The notes under the pieces were generated by a model that made no database searches, was not told where the DNA came from, and saw nothing but the letters and a program-made list of their open reading frames with translations. DNA of 64,000 nt from Azolla caroliniana (lineage: Eukaryota; Plantae; Polypodiophyta): positions 17,670,001 to 17,734,000 of the forward strand of contig JBHGNT010000010.1 in NCBI GenBank assembly GCA_043228905.1, given 5' to 3'. The translations under genes and the position numbers were made by a program. Positions within the stretch are counted from its first letter, which is position 1, and the number at the start of each line of letters is the position of its first letter. Positions 1 to 11,943 of the stretch are shown in pieces.

Positions 1-935
1 GAAAGAGTTATTGCTTGAACACGAGCAAAACCTTGCAATGACAATCCAGTGACTAAATCACATCCTGAAAGTACTAACTCTTTGATATCATTGCAATCTG
101 CTTGGATTGCAAGTATGGACAAATCCGAAACTTTTGAAAGCCATGAAAGATTCAATCTTTGTAGTGACTTCAACGAAGCTAGTAATATAACCCCCCTATC
201 TGTGATGCTTGAACCGCATTTAGCAAGAGAAAGGTCTTGCAAGGATACCATTTGAGGTAAAAGACCTATTCCTTCATCAGTTATTCGAAAACATTCACAT
301 AAATCTAGCGTTTTCAGGCTCGAAGAAGTCTTACCTCGAGCAAGAAAGTGAATGCCAACATCACTAACCATCTTACAACCCTCTAAGATCAAACTTTCCA
401 AACAGTTCGCATTGGATATAGCCTCAAGGGCAATATTCGTGATCCTTTCGCATCGAGAAAGATCGAGATGAGACAGAGAAAAACATCCACATATCAGAGA
501 ACGTATACCCCGATCCTCGACATTGCTTCTCCACCGTAGATTCACTCGCTGAAGATTCTTGCAGGACGAAGCAATGGCTGAGATTCCCTCACTCCCGACC
601 CCCCTACACTTCTCATTCTCTTCGGTGAAATTAAGGTCGACAAGGTCACGTGACTTCGATAAGCCAAGATTTAGGGTTTGCAGGGAAGAGCATGAGCGTG
701 AGATGAAAGAGAGGTCTGCGTCTGAGAGACCTCTTCCTGCGTCTAAAGAGAGGAGACGAGGGAAGCGATGGAGGAAGCTGAAGAGAAGGGATGGGTCTAA
801 GATTCGAAGCTCTGTTCTGGTTTTGCCTTCAGCAAGGAGCCATCGTTTGCAGACCTGGGCACAGGATTTCCTGTCGACGCGACCTCTGATTCTGCACAGG
901 ATGAGGAAGAGCTCATCGTCGCTCAATCGATTCAT
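1..935 (-). CDS. F-box/LRR-repeat protein (3' end runs off the window start)
   Basis: Manual minus-strand translation from ATG 935 (in-frame upstream ATG at 986): MNRLSDDELFLILCRIRGRVDRKSCAQVCKRWL is an F-box. It is followed by cysteine-containing LRRs (LSHLDLSRCERITNIAL, LESLILEGCKMVSDVGI, LKTLDLCECFRITDEGI, LQDLSLAKCGSSITDRGV). Absent from the ORF track, consistent with no stop inside the window. Confidence 0.9.
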   Translation of the reverse strand, partial: MNRLSDDELFLILCRIRGRVDRKSCAQVCKRWLLAEGKTRTELRILDPSLLFSFLHRFPRLLSLDAGRGLSDADLSFISRSCSSLQTLNLGLSKSRDLVDLNFTEENEKCRGVGSEGISAIASSCKNLQRVNLRWRSNVEDRGIRSLICGCFSLSHLDLSRCERITNIALEAISNANCLESLILEGCKMVSDVGIHFLARGKTSSSLKTLDLCECFRITDEGIGLLPQMVSLQDLSLAKCGSSITDRGVILLASLKSLQRLNLSWLSKVSDLSILAIQADCNDIKELVLSGCDLVTGLSLQGFARVQAITL

Positions 936-3102
936 GGGGAAGGAGAACGGAATATGGATGGGACGCAGGGTTTCGCGTACATACATGAAGAGAGGAGCTT
1001 CTTCTCCTACTACGTATGTATGTATGTATGTATTTATACGTACGTACGTACGTATTTATACATACGTATGTGGGGTACGTATTCGTATGTGCATCACAAT
1101 GTATGTACGTACGTATAAAATGTAAGTACGCATTTCGACTCATATGCATATGTACGTACATACACACGCTCGTGTCTTGACTCTTATTACAATACAAATA
1201 TTAGAGAGGGCAAGTGAGTGGGCGCGGACGGACGGTGCAGGTCAGCTAAGCTAATGGATGGCGCGCGCGATCTCCACCGTCCGATGTGGATAAAAAAAAC
1301 ACTGACAGCGTTCGTCACCAGCAGCCCGACTCTCTCACAGCTTCTCTGTCACAAGGAGCCCCGCTCTGTTGTCAGACAACCCTCTGTAACCTAGAGCTCG
1401 ACTCTGTCAACAAAGAGCCCCGCTGCCTGACAACCTCTGTCACCAGGAGCCTGACTGACTCAGGGCAAGACCCCAGCTCATACCATGAGCCCGACTCAGA
1501 AACAAACTCCAAAAAACTTTTAAGTGTACAACAAATATTTGCGATGAAAATTATGCATAAAGATTACTCAAAAAAACAAACCCCAACTTCCAATTGCACA
1601 AAACCTAAAACTTAAAACTCAAAAATCACACAAACTTATATCTCCAGGCTTCAACTAACAAATCAACTTAAAGTTTCAAATAACAAGTCTTACATAAAAG
1701 ATCAAAACATCAAATGTCGACAATGGGAATAATCCAAACCAAAAACCCTAAAATGAAATAGGAATACACACATTACATTTTAAGATTATGGCTCATGTCA
1801 GGATGATAGAAAAATGCAACCACAATTTTTACAATATGTAACAATCGAGTCCCTTGAAGTCAAGGTCAAGCCCATCGCAACGCAAATACCGAACCTTGTC
1901 ATGGTCACATATTGACAGTTGCCTCCTAGCCCAACTTGCACCTCTTTGTAGTTTTCTGGTGTGGGATTTGGAAATGTTTGGGGAGTTGTCAATAAGTTCT
2001 TGCAAGATGTCTATTGTTGAGCTTCTTTAAGCACTGATTTTGTTGGTTGCGACTTATTGATATGCTATCTTCTTCATTGGTTGATTTTGGTGCACCAATG
2101 CGACACACCTTCTCAGTCATATCTTCCAATGTTTGTATACATTCCAAAATAGTTGCACAGTCGAAGGTTCCTAACCCTTGCTTGAAACATTGAAGTGGCT
2201 CCTCAGTCGTTTGTATTTTGGACTTCAATGATTCCATCTTTGATGTTGTGGGGTTTGTCTCCCCGACTCGTTCTACCTCTGTCTCCACTTCTATTTCTGT
2301 ATTATGGTCCATTCACATTTGGGTCGTGCGACCTATAAAAGGCAACGAGCCACATAAATGTGGCATGTGCCTCTCAATAATCATTCGGATACCGAGTACA
2401 TGCTTACATCGAAGGTCTTGGCAATCACAATATGAGCATTAGAGTGAGACATTATATACCATAGAGTGGGAGTCATCATGCTCAAGATTCTAAACTAATA
2501 TCGGGCCTTGTTGACAATATGCATTGCGGAAGTATCGTCGACGTACCTTTCCAATATTCTCTCGGCATCTTTAAATCAGGACCTTTGATCCCTACAATTT
2601 GTACAGGGTGCAAATTGACCACTCTCAGATATTTCTTGTCATTGCTTGTACCACTCTACGACTGTTCCTCCAATGCAAGTGCCAATTTCATTGTCCTCGA
2701 TTAAGACATGCACAAGGCCGGTAATTGATCGGTTTATTCTTCCTCTCGCGACAATATACTTGATAAACTCTCAATGTCTTTCTACAATATGGGTAGTGTC
2801 AACATGTCTATAGTTGAACATTTTACCAAACTTGGGCCAGAGTTTCCTCCACACACATGTCAAACCACACCATCCTCCTATATATATGCTAGACACCGGG
2901 CTTGTATGCATATTCTACCTTTAACTCCTCACACATCGCATTGAATGCGGATTCAATAATGCATTGCATCAAGTGGCACATTCGTTGATATAGATTACTT
3001 CTCTCGGTTGCACTTACTTTTGGCAACAAGTTGTCCACCCATGATTTTTTGGCGTGAAATTGACACAACAAAAGGCGACAATGTGTTTGTGACTGTTGCC
3101 CA

Positions 3103-3897
3103 TTTACAACAATCCAAGATTGACGGTCTGTTGCAACCACATTAGTTATGGCATTATATGATGTCCAACATTTATCAATCATTATCGTATTTGACCTCAT
3201 CATGGGCATCCTTGTGAATATGACTCTCAAGCAAGTTTCTATTGCGACTTGGTCATGGTTTGACCCCTTATCAGAACTACAAAGTATGTACCATAGCGGG
3301 ATCCCAATTCCCATGGTGTTGGGGGCAACAACTGCATATAATGGTAGCCCGAATTGGTTTGTTTTAAATGTCGAGTTGATTGCCCAAGAGTTGTTTTTGG
3401 GTCAACCGCTCACACATTTCCAACATCCATTGATTTTTAAGTATCAAGATAAATGGTTGTCTAACGGGAGATCCTGGTTTATAACAATCCAAGGTTGACG
3501 ATCTGTTGCAACCATAGTTCCTAATATTCGCGTACGTCCAATTTACTGGACGTATGCGAACGTTTGCAAACGTACGAGTATGATACGCGATATTCGTTTG
3601 GCTGTTTTTTTTTTACTTTTTTTGGGTTTTTAAAATTTTTGATATTCATAATTCTTTGTGAATAGAAGTGACGTTTGACACACACACACACACACTCTCT
3701 CTCTCTCTCTCTCACAGGAGAACTGACAGATCTTCTCTCTCTACAAAATCTAGATATCTAATATACATATTACACACTCCCTCACACAGACAAAACCCAT
3801 AGCTCCTCTCTCTCTCTCTCTCTCTAGAGTCTAGATATACACTCAACCACGGTCTCCTCACACATGCAAAATAGGGCTTCTCTCTCTAGACCACACA

Positions 3898-3957
<60 letters not shown>

Positions 3958-4463
3958 ACACACACACACACACTATGTACACCATATACACCATATGTAT
4001 ATATCTATGTACCACGTATGGATTTCAATCATACTTGAAGCCTTTTCACATATGAGCATGATACGAATATTGGCGTTTGAGTATGACACAAATGGGACGT
4101 ATGGCTAGAACTATGGTTGCAACCACATTAGTTATGGCATTATATGATGTCCAACATTTATCAATCATTATCGTATTTGACCTCATCATGGGCATCCTTG
4201 TGAATATGACTCTCAAGCAAGTTTCTATTGCGACTTGGTCATGGTTTGACCCCTTATCAGAACTACAAAGTATGTACCATAGCGGGATCCCAATTCCCAT
4301 GGTGTTGGGGGCAACAACTGCATATAATGGTAGCCTGAATTGGTTTGTTTTAAATGTCGAGTTGATTGCCCAAGAGTTGTTTTGGGGTCAACCGCTCACA
4401 CATTTCCAACATCCATTGATTTTTAAGTATCAAGATAAATGGTTGTTTGGCGGGAGATCCTAG
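3103..4463. repeat. About 375-bp tandem duplication of the MULE catalytic core (copy 2 interrupted by an insertion)
   Basis: 3103-3477 is repeated nearly identically as 3478-3512 plus 4124-4463. The ORF track shows the near-identical ORF pairs 2889..3314/4046..4300 and 3148..3498/4077..4463. Confidence 0.9.
3513..4115. mobile_element. Non-autonomous hAT-type element (603 bp)
   Basis: Perfect 8-bp TSD GTTGCAAC at 3505-3512 and 4116-4123. Termini CATAGTTC...GAACTATG, with a further TACGTCC/GGACGTA match inside. Interior is non-coding with (CA)n/(CT)n tracts. The uninterrupted duplicate copy shows the empty site. Confidence 0.85.
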
Positions 4464-6031
4464 TTCACTAGGCAAGTAGGGTTGAACATGAGCCACTTGC
4501 CCAAGATCTCGGAGTGCATTGCCATCTTGCATCATCAAAGACCAATCAACCTCTCACATGGCACTCCCAAATTTAACCTATTTGCCATGTTATGAACCTC
4601 CATTGGTATCATAAAGAACCTATAGCTAACAAGCTCTAATGGAATAGCCTTGGACTTATGATATGCTTTCTTATGCATGCTCATTTGTGCCACATGCCTT
4701 GCACACCCAACATCAAATAGGTCATCTTTGCAACAACTTATGGCATTAGGGTGTGCTGGCAAATGGTAACATCCGACCTACTACATGGTACATGACCACT
4801 ATGAGGTCCATATATTGAAATGGTCAGTGTCTCATTGTCAACCCCGTCATTCATTCTATTGTCCACATGGAATGTACACTCACATCGGGGTGTGCACCTA
4901 CATCGTTGAGTGGAATTAGACGCAAGTTGAGATATCCCAGCATGATGACAACTATACCTAGTCACACGCATACCCACGTTGACTCCTTTCTTTACGTGTG
5001 TGTGATACTTGGTTTGCAAATCCATGAGCGCATCATCTAACTGGTGGGTTTCTAACTTGATTACTTCTATGGGTAGGGTCTTGTTATATTTGGCCATGCT
5101 CGCTCCCAAACCTTCATTCGGGCCGACATTCAACACCATTTGGCAACCACAACTTCTAATGAGTGTTTTTACGTACTCCGCTGCGATGCCATAATTACGT
5201 ACATCGGTCGGCGCGTAATCCCGCTTTAACACTTTAAGAGTATTTGAAAATGTGTGATGGGATGTGTCACCATGTGACGCTAATACTACCTCCCTCCATT
5301 TCTCAACGTATTACTTGAAGATTAGGTGATGCCTTAAGGTAGATTGCACTCTCTTTCCCGAGTATGAGACGATAGACATATACATACACACACACACACA
5401 CACACACATGTAGACAAATACACATCCGTATACGGATGCATATACAAACACTTTTATACATGTATGTATACAAATACAAAGAAAAAACATGAATTGACTC
5501 ACAATGAGCAATTGTGCGAACAATTATGCATAGTAAAGCATGTTGCCCAGTTGTGGTGAAGTGTTGCATGGATGCCTTGTGGATGAATATTGTGCCGGAA
5601 TTGTGGGGAAATGCAATAAAAACATAATCTCACGTACAAGATATGTACATATACATATAAACATGAGATAAATATACATATACATATGAGACGCATACAT
5701 ATACAAACACATATATACATATACATGTATGTATACAAATACACATATGCATATACATACATATATGACGTACATATACATATACAGGACGAAGGAGAGA
5801 GAGAGAGAAAGAAGAAAGATATATTAACGTCTTCTAAGGCCAAAATTGGCCCATGAGACAAATGGTGTACAACAAAAATGGGATATTTACCCATTCATCG
5901 AAAGTAAAAATAAAAATAAAAATAAGATAAAATAGAGTTTAAGCTAAATAGTTCTAAGAAAACAACAAACATGTTCTATATAAAAAACATGTTCTACAAT
6001 GAGACATTGCAGCGGAAAAAGACATTGCAGA

Positions 6032-6083
6032 AACGGCCAAGGAAACGTCTTTTTAAAATCCTGATTGAAGCGAAACGGAACGG
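6032..6083 (+). promoter_or_regulatory. Cluster of AACGG (MSA-core-like) motifs upstream of the DYAD-like gene
   Basis: AACGG at 6032-6036, 6074-6078 and 6079-6083, just upstream of a pyrimidine-rich putative 5' UTR exon ending at CAG|GTAACT near 6274. Confidence 0.3.
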
Positions 6084-6619
6084 AACGTAACGAAATTCAA
6101 GTGCATTTGTTGAGAAGCCGTAGCTGCAGCAGCTTGTTGGAGAAGCTACCATTTGTCCTCTGGATTCTCGCAGAGAGAATCAGTCAATCAATCATCTTTA
6201 TTCACCATCTTCAGATTTGCCTCGTCTTCGTCTTCATCTTCATCTTTATCCACAAACTAGCGACTCCAGCGCAGGTAACTCTAGTCCATCTTTTCTCTCA
6301 TGGTATAATCTGTCCATCTATCCGTCATGGAAATCCTCTTAAATTAGGTGAACTGTATTACTTTGGTAAAAAGCTGGTTCCTACTTAATTTCCATGGTAT
6401 TTATATACTACAACCAGAAAAACACTGCTGAGAGATGGCAGGCTTTGTATATTCCAAGTCATGATCAGCTCGTTCTTCCGAGCTCTCCATGCGTTTTCTC
6501 TGCTTATAGAGATAACTATTCGAGATTAACCTGTTTGTATATTGAAAATGCTATTGAATTATGTTATTCTTCTGGCAAAAACTCGATCGTATTTTCTGTG
6601 CCATCCTTCCTTCTCATCC

Positions 6620-7370
6620 GATATATTAGGGAATTAACAGAATTTGCAGTGACATTATGCATTGTACTACCTGTGAAGTCAGGTAATTTGATTCTGAATC
6701 TTTCCAGGACCTTGTCTGCTTATGCAGACATCAGTTTTAGGTTTCAGTTGGTATATTGAAGAACTATCTTGGATTAGGTTCTCTGTAGATGTTAAAAGAC
6801 TTTCTTTCCATGGGATTATAGAAGCACAATTCTCAGTGAAATGGTGTGCTCTATACTACTTTCGAAGTCAACTAGCTATTCTTTTGAAGATCTCTCTGAC
6901 TTTGTCTGCTAACAGTTTTAGATGTTTGGTTGCATATTACAAATGTTCTAGGTAATTGTCTCTGGTAAAATTTTGATCATCTTTCCATGCTGTCCTTTTC
7001 CATGGCAATGTAAAAGCAGAAATCACTGTAAAATGGAGTCATTTGATTTCATTTTTAAATCTTTCTTTTCCTGAAGCTCCCTGTTACTTTGTCTGCATGA
7101 AACTTTAATGTTTCTATTGGTATATTGCAAATGCTCTACCATTAGGTAATTTCGCATAAAAACTTCTTCTTGCCTCACATCCTGTTCTCCCTTTCCATAG
7201 CAGTATTCAAGCAGAAATCTCAGTGAAATGGTGTGTTTTGCTTCCCATTAGGTGTCAAAAATTTCCTTTCCAGAAGTTCTCCATGATTTTGTATGATTTA
7301 AACAGTTGTAGGTGTTTAATCTAATTGAGGTAGACATCATCTGGCAGCTTTCCACAGCTTTGTCTTTTTA
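6620..7370. repeat. Degenerate tandem repeat (about 190-bp period, about 4 copies) in the 5' UTR intron of the DYAD-like gene
   Basis: Recurring blocks AGCA(C/G)AA(T/A)TC(T/A)C(A/T)GT(G/A)AAATGG near 6823, 7015 and 7210, with a weaker copy near 6635. Confidence 0.55.
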
Positions 7371-8300
7371 TACTTTATTCCTCAAAGATCTCAAGTTGTC
7401 ACTTTTTGTTTTTTCTAACTGGAAATATCCATTTCTTGCAGCATGTCTTGCAATAAGTGAATTGGACCAAGCAAAAGGTGACATGTTGCCCCCCACACTT
7501 GGGACACAATATCCTCCATAGAAGTTGTGCACTTCCATTGGGAACCATTGTGCATATAGGTAAGAAGAAATCGATTTTAATGTGGATCTTAATGCCGCGA
7601 GAACAACAGAAATGCAATATGGTAAGTAATTCTCTATTGATCTTAATGTTATTGGTATAACTAACTACAGAATTGCAATACAGGGAAAATTCTGTTTTGC
7701 TCACACATAATAACAAGTGTTTTCTTTCATGTTGGAGGTGATTTCATCTATATTTTACCAGGGGCTGACCCCTCCCATGAAGCATTCATAGAAAGAATCA
7801 CCATTTATCTGAGCCTGAAGCAGGAAAACAGTGTGTCCAAGTTCGATGGTATAACATTCTGCAAATTGCAATTCAACATTTATAAGATTTATAGACAGCT
7901 CAAGAAATAACTATTCATCTTTAGATTTCAGTGTCTTCAACTACAGGCTTCATCATGATCCACCGTCAATTCTGATAGCAAATGAAGTTTATTGTATCCT
8001 TTAACTCTAACATGGATGGTCAATTTTTCATAAATATTTACCTTCTATGGTTTAGTTGCCTCTGTTTTGTAACATGGCTACACATTCTCATCCCGACAAA
8101 CATTTTACAGTTCCTTTAACAATTAATGTAGAAATAAATTTCCTTGCCTCTGTCTTCCTGTTTAATTTCCATCAATCAATATCACAATAAATATGTGTCT
8201 CTTATCTCCTATAACATGGAGGAAATCATATATATAATCTCGAAGCACCACCAAAACACACATCTCTAGGTACGCATATTCTGCAGAGGCTGGCATATTT

Positions 8301-11300
8301 ATGGCTGTGTTACCAGAGGATTTTGGTGAGAATCTGATGCTGAATGGTTCAAATGTTATCACCATGAGAAATTCATTCTTTTCTTTCTAGCATATAGGAA
8401 TTCCCTCCCTTCTATTTGCAGATTATTCATGTCATCCATTGACCAACAACATCGGAGAACTTAATTGTGAAGATACCACTGAAAAAGTGGGAGACCTTGC
8501 CTATGTATTATTCTTTAAGCCTAAGGTCTGGGTTAATTAAGAACTCTTCTAGTGATTTATTTTACTTCTACTGCAGATGCTTCTGAATATTGAACGGGGG
8601 ATGCCATCAGAAAGTGCATCAGTACATCCTCAAGCTCAAAGTCCAATTGTAAGGCAAACTGCATTTAGAATAACCATCATAGAGATGATGGAAGAATAAC
8701 AGAATTGTGCGTATCAAAGCAAATCAAAGGCTAACAGGGATAAAAGAGATTTTTATGGAATTGCAGAATGTATATGAAGGCTCAACAGATCAGAGTGAAT
8801 GGAAAGAGAGTAGGCATGCTGCTAGGTCAAATAAGGTAGTGCATTCATGTTGATTATCTTTGCGTTGAATATATGCATGAATAGTATCTCTTTAACACAG
8901 ATTGTACGGTATATCAAGAATTTTGAGTCCAAGACATATGCAAAAGGAAATACAACTTTTAAAAATTCAGCTTCCCACAGCAAGAAGCTAAAGAGGAAAC
9001 AGCCACCACATCTGGTGGAACTACCAGAATTAAAACTGAAAGCGTCTGAAGAACGTATGTACAAGATAGATAGATGCTTCTGACATTTCAGCATCATTTC
9101 TAGTTTGTAAATATATTTCGTGACACATGGAAGAAAAATATTGTAGGAACATTTAGACATGGATCTGCCTACGAGATAGATCAACAAAATGTTCCTGCCA
9201 ATGCACCCCCTGATTTGAAGAGTATTCACAAAGCAATTGTAAAGCTTCTTTTTTCTCTCATTCATCTTATTCATTGCAAGCATACATCAGCCAAATTCAC
9301 CATGATAGCAGTCCAAATGAACACGCTTCTTTGCTGATAATGTACATCTGGCTTCATGGTGCTACATAATTTATGTAATCTTTGAAGCATCTTCCATGTA
9401 AATGTATTTGCAGATCACAGATTCGACAAAAGAATATGTCACCATCAGATTTCCTAGCATTTCATCCTTGAATAACTGTTTTGGGGAATCCGAAAAACCA
9501 TGCAAGGACAAAGCAAGGAGTAGATGCCTTTTAAGTCAGAATACAGTTCCTAGTGAAAAACCTGAATTGGATAAGGAGTTTCTCATGACACATGAAACTG
9601 CTAAGAAAGTGCTCCGATGCCCCATTCCTTCATCAGATTACCTCCAGAATTCTCATAGCAAAACATTTTGGCGACCTCTGAATATGAACATGGAGAGAGA
9701 GGATCGAGCTCCACTTGTGGACAAGGTACAGACAGATGCTGATCATGCACAAGGTGACAATGATGATGAGCAGGGTTTGCCAACAACAGTTGACAAACTG
9801 ATTAAGAAAGCATTGCACTCACAAGCCAAATCTCCAGCTCTAGGCTACAGTCACAGAAAAAACAAGCATGATAACACCTTGAATATATGGAGGGATGATA
9901 AATTCTCCGATTTAGGACAGGTCTCAAGGCATCATGATCATAAAAACAAGGACAACGATGGAAAGGGAAATGAATATCCTGCTCACGATTTGGATGCCCC
10001 AAACTCTTCTGTTGAGACTTGTAATCGGTATAATGTGCTTAGAACACACACAGAAAAGTCCCTACTTTTTAAGGCATCCGAGAAAGACCATGGCATGGTA
10101 AAATGGGGAATAAAAAAGAAAGCCACTTCTCAGAATAGGTATCGAGGAAATAGCTTGGGAGTCCAAAGAAATGCACACGATGTTAAGAAAGCATATGGGC
10201 AGAAGCAAGTTAAACCTTCAAAATTAGACAACCATGGTATAATAAGAGAAACACCATCAGGTATTAGAAAAGGAAGTATCCTAAAAGTTCCAAAGGAGAT
10301 GCAATGCAGATGGTCTTGTGAAAGGTTGATATATTACAGATACTTTGTAAAACCATCATCAAAACTTCTCTTTAAAAGTTATACAAGACAGAATATGGAT
10401 TAATGGAATGCCTTATTACAGGTATAAAGCTGCACAGCTGAAGCTTTTACAAATTATGCATGACAAAGGTGCGATTCCTGGAAAGCCCCTTTTGAGACCT
10501 GCACTACGCGAAGAAGCTAGAAAACATATTGGTGATACAGGACTTCTTGATCATCTCTTAAAACACATGACTAACACTGTGATAAGTAATGGTCAACGTT
10601 TTCGTCGCCGACACAACTCTGAAGGTGCAATGGAATATTGGCTAGAAGATGCTAGACTGATGGATATAAGGAAGCAAGCTGGAGTTGAGCCATATTGGGT
10701 ACCCCCTTCTGGATGGAAAATTGGAGATGTTATAACAGAAAATCAAAATGGGCAAACATCGATGATTCATCTCATCGAATTAAAGCAGATAAAAGAAGAT
10801 GTAGAGTCCATGAAAAGGTGAGCTATTTCACTAACGTTTTGGAAAATATTTGGTTTGAAAAGCACTTTAAATTTGAATACCAGTACTGAAATCCTCATGA
10901 TCCAGACAACTTGAGGTGTTATGTGCACATATCAAAGCCCATGTTTCTGAACCTGTAGGGTGTCTATCTTTGCAAAAGTTCGAGAATGATGTAAGAAAAC
11001 ATGCACAGGTATGATATTGCACCATAACAATAACATGAAGATATGAACATGTTTTCATGGTACAAAGACAGAGGCTTTGCTTTCAGGAAATGAAGATGGA
11101 GCTATACAAACTTAGAGAATTGGTTGAACCTAATAGAAATTTTTCTCAGAGATCACCGAGACATTGGATCCCTCCAGAAACTGTATGAATTACATATCTA
11201 ATGCTTTTAAACGTTTTGAAAGTCAGATAGTGGCAAATGAAATAAGATGGTGAATACAGTAAATCAGTCAAACAGCTGAAACTTACAGATCAGATTGTAA

Positions 11301-11440
11301 AGGTAAAATGCCAGAATAAAAATGAAATCGCAAGCGTGAAATCTCTTCAAAGGCTGAAAGACCAAATATCCATCTGGAAAGGGAAGTTACATTCTACAAA
11401 GGCCTCTCATTCAGGAATCAGAACGAAACAGAAACACTGA
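8301..11440 (+). CDS. SWI1: SWITCH1/DYAD/AMEIOTIC1-like meiotic protein (multi-exon; first and last exons tentative)
   Basis: In-phase GT-AG exons 8301-8325, 8422-8486, 8577-8648, 8901-9054, 9147-9238, 9414-10324, 10422-10817, 10906-11008, 11087-11182 and 11296-11440. Family motifs: GSAYEIDQQNVPANAPPDLKSIHKAI-ITDSTKEYVTIRFPSISSL and RWSCERYKAAQLKLLQIMHDKGA...RPALREEARKHIGDTGLLDHLLKHM...FRRRHNSEGAMEYWLE...YWVPPSGWKIGD, followed by a coiled-coil-like tail. Confidence 0.88.
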
Positions 11441-11943
11441 ATTTATGTTCTTTCTATATATGAGTATATTCCCCAGCTTGAAAATCAGACAATGTTCAGA
11501 TAATGATGTAATTATTTTGCCGCGTCAACCATGGCAGCATCATTTTTTGTACATTAAGCATACTCAATCCCTCCAACCTCAGTGCATGCCGTTTACAAGT
11601 AGGATTAAGTCTCATGTTAAAACAACTTTTGCATACCACATATAAACAGATATGGATACTGTTGCCATCTAACCAGATCAAGCTAAGAATTTTAATTTAA
11701 AGTATCATCTGTAGAAATGAAAAAGTAAGCTTGCATCCAGTGGCGAATATATAATTTGAATATGTAAGATCCTAATCACACTATCCACAAAAAGCGAAAA
11801 CACAAGTTATTAATACCCAGGAGGAATGGATTCATAATGAGAACCAGGATACATAACGAAAAATGTTTTAGTCCTCAAGTAACCTCATCAAATTTTATGA
11901 TTTGGAGCTTTTTGGGACCTTTTGTAAATCCTAGTTTTTTCAG

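Larger units (their letters stand above)
1798..5280 (-). mobile_element. Decayed Mutator-like (MULE) transposase pseudogene with SWIM zinc finger
   Basis: Minus-strand fragments: N-terminal Cys/His finger (RYSCHHAG...CECTFHV...GPHSGH, 4738-5232); MULE core WAI(N)STFKTNQFGLPLYAVVAPNTMGIGIPLWY, TIMIDKC, LLCQFHAKKSW; SWIM-like SYCDCQDLRCKHVLG near 2395-2435. Frameshifts and stops are present. TIRs not identified, so the ends are approximate. Confidence 0.8.

Noticed and set aside
559-1125. 188-aa plus-strand ORF
   Set aside because: Antisense shadow of the F-box/LRR gene running into (TACG)/(TATG) repeats.
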